Below are positions 9,267 to 18,131 of a stretch of 64,000 nucleotides of DNA, piece after piece. Both the position numbers and the translations under genes were made by a program. Below the pieces are notes generated by a model that saw only the letters and a list, made by a program, of their open reading frames with translations, searched no databases and had not been told where the DNA came from. How positions within the stretch are numbered: the first letter of the stretch is position 1; each line of letters starts with the position of its first letter. Origin of the DNA: Candidatus Obscuribacteraceae bacterium (GTDB taxonomy: Bacteria; Cyanobacteriota; Vampirovibrionia; Obscuribacterales; Obscuribacteraceae); the NCBI GenBank assembly GCA_044226015.1, contig JBGAHS010000002.1:1223209-1287208 (forward strand). The letters are read 5' to 3'.

Positions 9267-10920
9267 ACCGCCAGTTTTCCTCCTCAGCCTTCTGGTTTGC
9301 CTGATTGCCAGCCCGAAGACGATTAGCGCGGAAGGGCTTCCTGAGGCTAAGCCCAAGAAACAGATTAGCTACGCAAATGATCTGCTGGCGCTTCGTCCAG
9401 ACGAATCCATACGCCATCTCTGCGCTCCCTTAAATGAGGCTTTGAGGAAGTCTGATTTCAAACTCGCAGCAAACATCATGCGCTGTATTGCACTCTCATT
9501 CAGATTCGACGAAAACGATAGAGCCGCTTGCCAGGCAGCTTTAATGGCAACAAGGTTAGATCCGAACAACGCTCTGGCAGAGTTTCAGGCTGCAGAATAT
9601 TTGAACAGAAACGGAGAACAAACACTCAGCGAGAGCATCCTCGAAAAGATTGCAGAGGGCAAAGATGAGCGCCTGGCTCTTCGAGCCTCAGCGTTTCTAG
9701 CGCATCAGAAGGGTTACACCGGAAAAGCAATGGAACTGATGCAGCGCTACCTGGAGAAGTATCCAGATGATCAACGGACATTGCTGCGCCTTTGCTACAT
9801 CTATCAAAACATCGACGATCGCGATGATGCTGCCATTTCGTACAAACGCTTAGCAGAACTCAGTGACACTGAATACTTGCGCCAGATTTACCTCGGCAGA
9901 GCAGCAGAAGTAGAAAACAAACTAAACGATGCCATCAAGGCATATCAAAAAGCAGGAAACTTCCTTCCTTACGACCCCCTCTGGCACTCACAGCTCGCAG
10001 CAATATTTTTGAAACAGCAGAAATTGAAAGAAGCAGATTATCAATTGAAACAATGCTTTGAATGCAGCAGATTACTGAGCAGCGCATATTCCAACTGGGC
10101 AGTAAAAGAATCCTTCTTCGGTAGCTCTAAGCAAGCCCATCAAGCTATCGCTTACATTCAAGAATTACGACCAAATGCCAGCGAGATTTGGCTGGTAAAT
10201 GGAATTATTTTGGAGCGAGAGAACCGCAGCAAAGAAGCAGTTGAGTCCTTTCGCAAATCACTAAGCTTGAATTGCCACAACAGTTCTGTCTACCAACATC
10301 TCTTGCAAGCAGCAGAGTTTTCCGCTAGCACAAAACGCAAAGAACTCTGCAAACAGTGGGTTGACGCCTGCCCAAGCTCAGGACTAGCTGCAATCGAATT
10401 GGCAAATGCAATTGCCAGAGAGAATGATCCCGCAGCAACCCGGAAAGCATATGAGAAAGCCCGAGATCTCGTTCGGAACAGACGCCCCCCGTCCGATCCC
10501 AACTACAGAATCGCAATCTGCAAAATGCGCGCACAACTGTCTGTAATCTATTACAAGAACAAAGAGAAGGAATCTGCACTGGAAGAAGCAAAGGCTTTCA
10601 ATTCATTGCGACCAGAATCTGCTGCGAACATGGGGATGCGTCCTCCAAAAATAGATCTCAGCAAAATTAAAGACAAGGAACTAAAAGCAGCTGAGCATGC
10701 CCTTCTAGCCGATGTGCTCAGTGAAACCAGAGATCTGAATGATGCTGAAAAAGAATACCGCGAAGCAATAAAGCAAGACCCCAACGACAGCATGTATCAT
10801 TCCTGCCTTCTGAAAGTTCTGCTAGACAAAAAAGATTTCGCCGCAGCTGCCGCTGAAGATGCAAAAGTAAGTCACCAAATTGTGAGTCATGTGGGTGACA
10901 TCTTCAGCAAGAAGAAATGA
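9250..10920 (+). CDS. Secreted tetratricopeptide repeat protein
   Basis: Signal peptide and multiple TPR-like units (AIKAYQKA, AEKEYREAIKQDP). Confidence 0.8.
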   Translation: MMPKSKPPVFLLSLLVCLIASPKTISAEGLPEAKPKKQISYANDLLALRPDESIRHLCAPLNEALRKSDFKLAANIMRCIALSFRFDENDRAACQAALMATRLDPNNALAEFQAAEYLNRNGEQTLSESILEKIAEGKDERLALRASAFLAHQKGYTGKAMELMQRYLEKYPDDQRTLLRLCYIYQNIDDRDDAAISYKRLAELSDTEYLRQIYLGRAAEVENKLNDAIKAYQKAGNFLPYDPLWHSQLAAIFLKQQKLKEADYQLKQCFECSRLLSSAYSNWAVKESFFGSSKQAHQAIAYIQELRPNASEIWLVNGIILERENRSKEAVESFRKSLSLNCHNSSVYQHLLQAAEFSASTKRKELCKQWVDACPSSGLAAIELANAIARENDPAATRKAYEKARDLVRNRRPPSDPNYRIAICKMRAQLSVIYYKNKEKESALEEAKAFNSLRPESAANMGMRPPKIDLSKIKDKELKAAEHALLADVLSETRDLNDAEKEYREAIKQDPNDSMYHSCLLKVLLDKKDFAAAAAEDAKVSHQIVSHVGDIFSKKK

Positions 10921-11188
10921 AGCTTAGTTCCTTGCAGAGGCTCACGCGAAGTCCATATCCACCAAATTGACGAAATTACGAAGACCTCTTTTAAATCTAA
11001 TACGCAGCCTGGCTCGTAGCGCCTGCGTCCTACGCTAGGCTGCGAGTATTCCAGGTTCCCCTTACTCTTTTGGAGACTAACCCGTAGATTAGCCTCACTC
11101 AAACGCGATTGAGTCCACGCAACTTCCCCTGGAGGAAGCCGCGATCGCGCATCCTCGGACTTAGGTCCACATCTTGGAAGGGTTTACT

Positions 11189-11953
11189 ATGCTACGCCCA
11201 ATTTCCGTTGTTGACTGGGATGCATGCCGACTCCCACACTACGACCGCGAAGCCCTGCTGTTAGCCTTCAAGAATGTCGAGCTAGACATCGGAGACGAAC
11301 ACGGCACTCCTGCAGAAGTTGTTGCGCGCTACGATTCCGCATTCAAACTTCAGCAAGAGCACAAGTTTACGGAGGCTGTTGAGCTTTACCGCCAGGTAGA
11401 GGAACTAGCGCAAGCCAGTGGCAATCCGGTTCTGGCAATGATGGCGCAACACCAGCGCTTTGTTTGCACCCAGACTGGACACATGCTCATCCGCGAGCTG
11501 GCATTGCTCATCAACTACCTCCCCACTCTCTACGAAGAACTCGAAGCACCAACAGCTCATGCCATGCGGCTGACGGTCGCCATGAAAGAATTCGAGTCCC
11601 TCGTCCGCAGCAATCACATGCTTCTCAAAGCTCAGGAGCAAGGACGCTACGCCAGAACTCGACTCTCTGCCATCGAAGAGATGATTGCCGAGTGTTCGTT
11701 CGAACGTGCAGAGAATTTCGCTCGGGAAACCGCCCGTGTGCTCGCCGAATCACTCGGCGAAGACCACTGGTGGCGAGCTATTCTCTTGCTCAAGCAAGCA
11801 GAGTGCTTGAAAGCACTGAACAAGCTCGAAGAAGCCCGCGCAGTCCTCAAGGTCTGCGACATGATTTTTGCTGAATGGTGCTGCTCTGAAGAGCACATTC
11901 TCTTTCCCTACGTGCGTCAATTCGTGGTGCTGAGCCGCTCGGTTGGCGCTTGA
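11189..11953 (+). CDS. Hypothetical helical (TPR-like) protein, islet gene
   Basis: ORF with GAAGGG RBS; LGEDHW...LKQAECLKAL resembles TPR_12-type repeats. Confidence 0.7.
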   Translation: MLRPISVVDWDACRLPHYDREALLLAFKNVELDIGDEHGTPAEVVARYDSAFKLQQEHKFTEAVELYRQVEELAQASGNPVLAMMAQHQRFVCTQTGHMLIRELALLINYLPTLYEELEAPTAHAMRLTVAMKEFESLVRSNHMLLKAQEQGRYARTRLSAIEEMIAECSFERAENFARETARVLAESLGEDHWWRAILLLKQAECLKALNKLEEARAVLKVCDMIFAEWCCSEEHILFPYVRQFVVLSRSVGA

Positions 11954-11996
11954 TTCCCACTTACAAACATCATCACTTGACTGGAGAAATCTAGAA

Positions 11997-12170
11997 ATGT
12001 CGAAAGACAAAAACGAAGAAACGAAGCAGGACCCTCGCGAACAGCAACCCAGCGCTCCCGCCAACTCGGGAACGTCGGCGAGCGACGCGAAACCTGCCGA
12101 CAGCCCGAAGCCCAGCGACAGCCGCCCTGACTGGCTCGGATGCGGACCTACCGGTTTCGGTGGCTGCTAA
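11997..12170 (+). CDS. Small disordered peptide with a Cys-containing C-terminal tail
   Basis: GGAGA RBS before ATG 11997; 57 aa ending DWLGCGPTGFGGC. Confidence 0.6.
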   Translation: MSKDKNEETKQDPREQQPSAPANSGTSASDAKPADSPKPSDSRPDWLGCGPTGFGGC

Positions 12171-12297
12171 TTCGCTTGCCTGATTAACGCATATTGGTGC
12201 AAGAGTGTTCTTTGCACCGATTCTTCAACGACCTTGGGGGTCTAGGTACAGCCCGCGTGTGGCTGTATCTAGCCCCTTTCTTGCTAAGGAAATTTCA

Positions 12298-12597
12298 ATG
12301 AATCCTGCCCTTTCACTCCTGGTTTATTCGGTCGCGCTCGCCGTCATTGCTGGCTTTGGATACCTGTGGTACCAGACCACTCCGACGAAGGGTTCTGGCT
12401 GGACGCTGTTCGCCTGCATCTTCGTCTCCGTCTGCATGAAATCACCAGCAGACATTTTCGTCAGCACCTTCGTTTACGGCATCATGAGCGTTGGCTTCGG
12501 CGTGGGCTGGTATCAGACACGAAACATCAAAGACAGCGGCTGGCTTTTAGCGGCCTCCATCCTCTCGGCTCTGACGCTGGTCGATAAACTGTTCTAA
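12298..12597 (+). CDS. Small 4-TM membrane protein with an internal duplication
   Basis: AAGGA RBS; two halves WYQTTPTKGSGWTL and WYQTRNIKDSGWLL. Confidence 0.7.
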   Translation: MNPALSLLVYSVALAVIAGFGYLWYQTTPTKGSGWTLFACIFVSVCMKSPADIFVSTFVYGIMSVGFGVGWYQTRNIKDSGWLLAASILSALTLVDKLF

Positions 12598-12635
12598 TTT
12601 GTTTGAGTCAGCACGGTGCTGCTGACAGCTTGATT

Positions 12636-12677
12636 ACAGAGTGGCGTAGAACTTACCTTCTACGCCACTCTGTTTTT
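12636..12677 (+). terminator. Intrinsic terminator
   Basis: 16-bp perfect stem ACAGAGTGGCGTAGAA / TTCTACGCCACTCTGT followed by TTTT. Confidence 0.85.
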
Positions 12678-12705
12678 GCTACGGCTTTTCAATTTAGCAT
12701 CATTC

Positions 12706-12722
12706 TACTATGGCATATCGTT
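12706..12722. other. Islet-end palindromic motif (TACTA-N7-TCGTT)
   Basis: TACTA tggcata TCGTT then GTAAATCAAAAAAA, lying between convergent terminators. Confidence 0.6.
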
Positions 12723-12793
12723 GTAAATCAAAAAAAGGAAGCGGAGGCCGAAACCCATGCACATGGCATGGGCTCGACCTCCGCGACAGGCGC

Positions 12794-13456
12794 TCACTTC
12801 TTCACGCCGGCTCCAGGATAGGCTACATCCTTGTAGTTACCCCAAATCCAGACGCTGCCAGAGCCGTCCGCAGCCTCTCCTTGCAGGTGCTTGCCCACGG
12901 GGATGGACGAACTCAGCTCAAGCTGGTAGACAGCAGTGTCGCCCTCGTAGAGAGTGACCTTGCTCGTACCCTTCTCCACCTTACCACCCTTCAGCGAGCG
13001 GACAACGACGTTTCCGCACACGCGGATAACCTCGCTGCCGTCAGCAGGGAAGAGCAGCACCGATTGCGCGTCGGTACTGAAGTTGCGAACCTGCCAGGTT
13101 CCAACAACCTTGCTGCCGCTGTAGAGCGTCACTTCGTAACGCTTTTCCGAAGCAACAGGCTTCCACGACTTGTGCTTCACCACCCAGGTGCCACGGGCGT
13201 TGCCGGTCTGGCTCGGAGCGCCCTTCTCCTTGCCCTTCACCTCGTAGGTGATTGAGTCGGAGTCGGCGGCAGCGGAGTAGGAGTCGGCAGTCACAGTAGG
13301 CTGTGCAACACCATCCTGGTAGACGGTGATTTCATAGCCGGTGGCAGCCTTCGGAGGGTCCTTCTTGGTGTCATCTTTGCCCCACCAGTTGCAACCGCTC
13401 AGCGTGACGCAGAGAACAGCAGCAACAAGGACAGACATTACTCGATTCAGATTCAT
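12794..13456 (-). CDS. Lipoprotein with three repeated beta domains
   Basis: Lipobox LSGC; repeats YEITVYQD, YEVTLYSG and SKVTLYEG. Confidence 0.8.
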   Translation of the reverse strand: MNLNRVMSVLVAAVLCVTLSGCNWWGKDDTKKDPPKAATGYEITVYQDGVAQPTVTADSYSAAADSDSITYEVKGKEKGAPSQTGNARGTWVVKHKSWKPVASEKRYEVTLYSGSKVVGTWQVRNFSTDAQSVLLFPADGSEVIRVCGNVVVRSLKGGKVEKGTSKVTLYEGDTAVYQLELSSSIPVGKHLQGEAADGSGSVWIWGNYKDVAYPGAGVKK

Positions 13457-14097
13457 GGTTTTCTCACTTGTGTGTTGGGGCTAACGCCCATTCGTCGAAC
13501 ATGTAGAAGCGCAGCGAAATTGCATTTCCGCTAGAACAGCAGGTCAAATCCGCACAGAAGCTCTGAGGGAAAGGGGGAGTGAAACTGGAAGGTGGATTGC
13601 GACTTGTGCGGGAATCTGACCTGGATGTTCAAAAGAAAAAAGAGACAAACTCAACTTAGCGCCCCGGGGTGTGCAGAATCAGCCTCTGGACCCTGGGTGG
13701 ATTTAAATTGGATCTAAAGGACATTCAGCAGGTCTAGCCCAAACCTCAGCCAGAAAGGCTCTCTGGCAGCTAAGTCCCAGAGTTGCAGCCATAAATTCAA
13801 CGCTGGCGAAGCTACCGCGAGCGCTGCCATAAGATTACTGCCATACAAACAAGCCTCAATCCGCCAAACCTGCACTGGGCCAGGACTGAGTAAACATGAA
13901 CAGAGTTCCTGCCTTGAGTGGATCTAACAAAATTCGAAGCTCTAAAATCCTGCTATCACTCTTCTTCACCCCAATCAGGTCCGTCCAAACCAAAGCTAAG
14001 CCTCTCCCGATTTACAGCTAAACAAGTGTTCAGACGGAACATTGGGATTTTGCGTTGCAGAAGAAGAAAGAAACGAACTATCACAGTGGAGGTCAGA

Positions 14098-14862
14098 ATG
14101 AGACAATCACTCTCCGGCTACTTGCTCGCTAAAGGAGCTTCCTTGCTGACGAGCAAACTGAGTCATGAATCGTTCAGCAAATCAAGCATGCTGGTTCTCT
14201 CAGCTCACAAGGGACTGTTCTGGGTTGAACTCATCAAGCTCGGAAATGTATACGAAGCTAGCACAGGCACAAAGCACTTCCAATCGACTGACGAAGATGA
14301 GATCATCCAGCTCATCCTCAATCAATGTTTTGAGGAACTTCGCCTCCTCGAACACACCGACCTCTCCGAGCGATATGACATCGCACTGGTCGCCACCACC
14401 AATGATGGCAGCCCGCCCCAGGTCACTGTCATGCGGATGGGTCAGGACGGAAACCTTCAATACTCCGGAATCTACGGAACTGAGCGGCAACTTATTCGAC
14501 AAGCGGTGGCGATTGTCGAGCGACAAATCGAGCAACAGAGCATCGAGTTCGGAGACATTCTCGTCAAGGATGATGCAGGCAAATCGATTTGCGTCCGCAT
14601 CTGCGCCGAAAGTGCCTACAGCACTGACTACGATCTCTTCGCCGGCGGCGGGTCGACGTTCTACACCAAGGGCACAGGCAAAGACCTGAGCAATTCCGTC
14701 GACACCTTTCTTGCCTACTATTTCGCCAGCGCAAAACGTTTGCAGCTGCGTGTCACCGCCGATGATATCACTGACAGACGAAAGCGCGCGCTAGATTTAC
14801 AGGCAGATTCCGATCACGGAGTCGAATTCAAGGCACCCCTGGTCTTCGATCCTCCTGTTTAG
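14098..14862 (+). CDS. Hypothetical protein, islet gene
   Basis: GGAGG RBS before ATG 14098 within ORF 13918..14862; no motif recognised. Confidence 0.7.
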   Translation: MRQSLSGYLLAKGASLLTSKLSHESFSKSSMLVLSAHKGLFWVELIKLGNVYEASTGTKHFQSTDEDEIIQLILNQCFEELRLLEHTDLSERYDIALVATTNDGSPPQVTVMRMGQDGNLQYSGIYGTERQLIRQAVAIVERQIEQQSIEFGDILVKDDAGKSICVRICAESAYSTDYDLFAGGGSTFYTKGTGKDLSNSVDTFLAYYFASAKRLQLRVTADDITDRRKRALDLQADSDHGVEFKAPLVFDPPV

Positions 14863-14867
14863 CAGCT

Positions 14868-14910
14868 GGCGGGGGAGTATTGGCAATCGCCTCTACTCCC
14901 CCGCCTTTTT
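14868..14910 (+). terminator. Intrinsic terminator
   Basis: GGCGGGGGAGTA...TACTCCCCCGCC followed by TTTTT. Confidence 0.85.
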
Positions 14911-14956
14911 ACTTTTAAAGCCTGATCAAATAAACACAAATTTTTTCAAGCCAAGC

Positions 14957-14973
14957 TACTACACCTTATCGTT
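14957..14973. other. Islet-end palindromic motif (TACTA-N7-TCGTT)
   Basis: TACTA cacctta TCGTT about 45 bp after the terminator. Confidence 0.6.
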
Positions 14974-15172
14974 TAGCCAAGATTGGGCGCTGCAGCTCAG
15001 CCGCTGAAATCAGAACCTTTCGCCGCACGACGGGTACATTTTTTCCACAACTCTTGCTTATTATTCATCTACCAGCCCAATCAACCCGATCCTGAAAACA
15101 CCTCGCGCAATCCCAGATTCTCGAGGTGTTTTCTTTTCTACTTTTCTTGCGCAAGTTTTTGCTTTTCAAAAT

Positions 15173-15625
15173 TCAGCATGCTTGCGGGAAAGTGCTTGTG
15201 AAAACTGGCAATTCGCCAGCGTGCATTGGATTGATGCGTTCAGACTCAAGAACAGTGAAATAGAACTCTGTAATCCCTATGCATAAGCAATCGCCAGATG
15301 ACAGAGAGAAACGCTCCCGGTCGACTTTTCTTCCGTTAACCCTTGTGCCGTTCTTACTGCAAAGATCAATGATGAAGAAGGATCCATTCTCGAAAGTGAT
15401 GCTTGCATGTTGACGTGACACAGTTCTATCGTCGTTTAGAACAAAATCGTTTTCTAAACCACGACCAAGCGTTGTTGTGAATCTCGACAAACTATATTCA
15501 TGGCCTGTTCGGCGTTCGACCAAAAAGGCAACACAATGTACATCGGTTTCTTGAATGAGCATGATTAGTAAGGTTCCTTCGAAAGCCAAAATCTGTAGGA
15601 AGTTCCCCAGTGACTCCGATGTCAA
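15173..15625 (-). CDS. FHA domain protein
   Basis: LGRG, VSRQHA and SKNGTRVNG FHA signatures. Confidence 0.85.
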   Translation of the reverse strand: MTSESLGNFLQILAFEGTLLIMLIQETDVHCVAFLVERRTGHEYSLSRFTTTLGRGLENDFVLNDDRTVSRQHASITFENGSFFIIDLCSKNGTRVNGRKVDRERFSLSSGDCLCIGITEFYFTVLESERINPMHAGELPVFTSTFPQAC

Positions 15626-15726
15626 GAATACAAGTTATGAGATACGCTTAAAATGGCTAAACGCACTGGCTGAAATGTGGAATTATGCAAGCAGCGACCA
15701 AACTTTGGGTTCCGGACACGAACTGA

Positions 15727-16875
15727 ATGACAACGGCAGACTCATTGACCAAAAGACCAGTGCTGGCAGCAATTGTGGCAGCTGTGTTTGTTGCTTTGAT
15801 TGTCTGGCTGGTCGTAAAACAATTCGAAGGCTTTGAAGCAAACGTTTTTCAACGTCTGATAACTGCATTTGGTGCAACGGATGTAAAAATCGACATAGCG
15901 TCACTACGGCACATGTCCTTAAATGCCAAAGCCGCAACGAGCGCAGGTTTTCTCCTATTTGCCATCGCCTCGATCTGGGCCGGTTTTAAGTTAGCCACCT
16001 TCGCTCGAATTATTGTGGGCATCCAGCTTTTCGTTATGAGCCTTATCTATCAATGGGCACTGTGGAATCTGTTTGGAATAACAGGGCACCCACTTGGCTA
16101 CTCATTCACAGTTCTAATTGGCTGCATTTCGGGCGCAGGGCTCAGACAAATTGAACTCGCCAGAAGAGAGAGCGAAGCACGATATTACGAACTCAAATTG
16201 CGAAATAAAGAATTGAAGGAAACGAGGCTAAGCCTGGTCAAACAAGACGAAGTAGAACGCCGCATGCTCGCCGCTGACCTGCATGACCAGGTTCTAAATG
16301 ACATGAAACAACTTGTGCAGCGCTTCGAAAATTATGTCGAAAACGCTGAAGACAGAGAATCGCTTGACAAAGTACGTACGCTTTCAAACAAAGTCATGGG
16401 CGAAATTAGAGAGGTAATGGAAAGCCTCTGCCCATCAGTGCTCGAACATCTTGGCATGGCTGCGGCAATCGAAGATTGCTTGAGAAAAGGTGGTGAGAGA
16501 TCGGGGTTCAAAGTTCGCTTTCGAAATAAAATCGACTCCGACGAATTCAAGTGCCTATCTATCGTTGAGCAATCTCTTGTCTATCGTTTGGTGCAAGAAT
16601 CGATAACCAACACTTGCAAACATGCAAACGCAGGTACGGTTCGCGTAACTATTGAAAAAATTGATTCATCACTTTTAATCACTATAAACGACGATGGGAA
16701 GGGGCTTGACCCCGCTAAAGCAAGGTCTGATTCTCGCGGATTGAAATACATGCGCTTGAGAGCTGACCTCATCGGTGCAACAATAGCGTGGAAACAAGGT
16801 GACAATGACAAGGGCACCAAAGTTGAGATACGCTTAGATTTGACGGGCAGGCAGGCGGTGCAAAGCGATGACTAA
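15727..16875 (+). CDS. Membrane sensor histidine kinase (HisKA_3 / NarX-like)
   Basis: TM helices, ERRMLAADLHD H-box, QESITNTCKHA N-box, DDGKG G-box. Confidence 0.9.
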   Translation: MTTADSLTKRPVLAAIVAAVFVALIVWLVVKQFEGFEANVFQRLITAFGATDVKIDIASLRHMSLNAKAATSAGFLLFAIASIWAGFKLATFARIIVGIQLFVMSLIYQWALWNLFGITGHPLGYSFTVLIGCISGAGLRQIELARRESEARYYELKLRNKELKETRLSLVKQDEVERRMLAADLHDQVLNDMKQLVQRFENYVENAEDRESLDKVRTLSNKVMGEIREVMESLCPSVLEHLGMAAAIEDCLRKGGERSGFKVRFRNKIDSDEFKCLSIVEQSLVYRLVQESITNTCKHANAGTVRVTIEKIDSSLLITINDDGKGLDPAKARSDSRGLKYMRLRADLIGATIAWKQGDNDKGTKVEIRLDLTGRQAVQSDD

Positions 16876-17620
16876 ACTACTGGTTGTAGATGATTTATCA
16901 GCCCTGAGGCAACATATAGTTCGACTGGTAAAGGAAAAGGTCGTTCCAAATGACTTGGAGGTCATGGAGGCACCTAACGGTGCCGAGGGGCTGAAACTTT
17001 TCAGAACCTTCAAACCTGACATGATAGTTATGGATATTGTCATGCCTGAAATGACCGGTATTAAAGCGGCTCAACAAATCTGGGGAGAAAGTCCCAGAAC
17101 AAAGATTCTCTTCTGGTCGCAGTTCCACAAAGAAGCATACATTCGCGAGCTAGGCAAAATAGTTCCAGATGAAGCAATTCATGGATACGCACTGAAAAGC
17201 GAAAGCGATGAGAAGTTGCTCTATGCTCTGACATCAATAATGCTTCACGACAATCCTTACATCGACCCGATCGTTCGCGGTGTACAAACAAGATTGCAGA
17301 GCAAAGATGGCTCACTCTCTGATGTGGAATACGAAACCTTACTAGACATTGCATTGGGACTTACCGACAAAGCGATTGCGTATCGCAGACACATCAGTGT
17401 TCGCGGTGTACAAAACCGACTTGCCATGCTTTCAGCAAAACTCTTCAAGGGAGAAGATGTATTCTTGAAAGAAAGCGCCGGAATGGAAGTCTACAACCCA
17501 CGCACACGCTTGGTTCTTGAAGGGCTGAAACGCGGACTGATTGATATCGATCAAATTCCACAGCTTGAAGAAGAGCTTAATGAGTGGATCGAAGAAGAAT
17601 TCGATTACGAGAAAACATAG
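16868..17620 (+). CDS. Response regulator, NarL/LuxR-type
   Basis: Receiver domain (VVDD, MDIVMP, YALK) plus LSDVE...GLTDKAIA HTH; overlaps the kinase stop. Confidence 0.9.
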   Translation: MTKLLVVDDLSALRQHIVRLVKEKVVPNDLEVMEAPNGAEGLKLFRTFKPDMIVMDIVMPEMTGIKAAQQIWGESPRTKILFWSQFHKEAYIRELGKIVPDEAIHGYALKSESDEKLLYALTSIMLHDNPYIDPIVRGVQTRLQSKDGSLSDVEYETLLDIALGLTDKAIAYRRHISVRGVQNRLAMLSAKLFKGEDVFLKESAGMEVYNPRTRLVLEGLKRGLIDIDQIPQLEEELNEWIEEEFDYEKT

Positions 17621-17835
17621 TTTCCAATTGACCTGTTGGAATGCGAGTTACTAGGCTGTAAGTAAGTAGCTTCACTACTTGTCCGCCATAAGTCCGCTTC
17701 TTACTAGTTCGTTATTTAGCCCAAATGCAGGCAGTTTTGCTTGCAGATTAGTCTTGAGTTTCAGCGTCACTCCCCGCGCTGCTGGCTCTGCTTTTCTGGC
17801 GTTCCTTAACTTCTCCTTCGCGGAGGCGCGCTCCA

Positions 17836-18045
17836 ATGCACAAAATTGTTCTCAAATCGTTCCTTGAAGAAGATGATGCTCAGGGCATCACAGAGTATGG
17901 AGCTATTTTAGCTTTTACATGCTTACTCATCATCGTTGTTTTTAGTTTCGCGCATGGCACCTTAGGGTTTGCTATGAGCACTTCTATGTCTACAGTTATT
18001 GGGCAGTTTGATCGTTTGAATAACGCCGCATTCAATGCCACCTGA
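17836..18045 (+). CDS. flp: Flp/Fap family type IVc pilin
   Basis: 69 aa; FLEEDDAQG|ITEYGAIL Flp motif followed by a hydrophobic helix; GGAGG RBS. Confidence 0.8.
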   Translation: MHKIVLKSFLEEDDAQGITEYGAILAFTCLLIIVVFSFAHGTLGFAMSTSMSTVIGQFDRLNNAAFNAT

Positions 18046-18131
18046 CAGAATTTTCTTGTACTCTCTCTTCACTTAATGAGGGCAAAGCTCATCGCTTTGC
18101 CCTCACTCTTTGTTTGCAAATTTTCCGAAAA

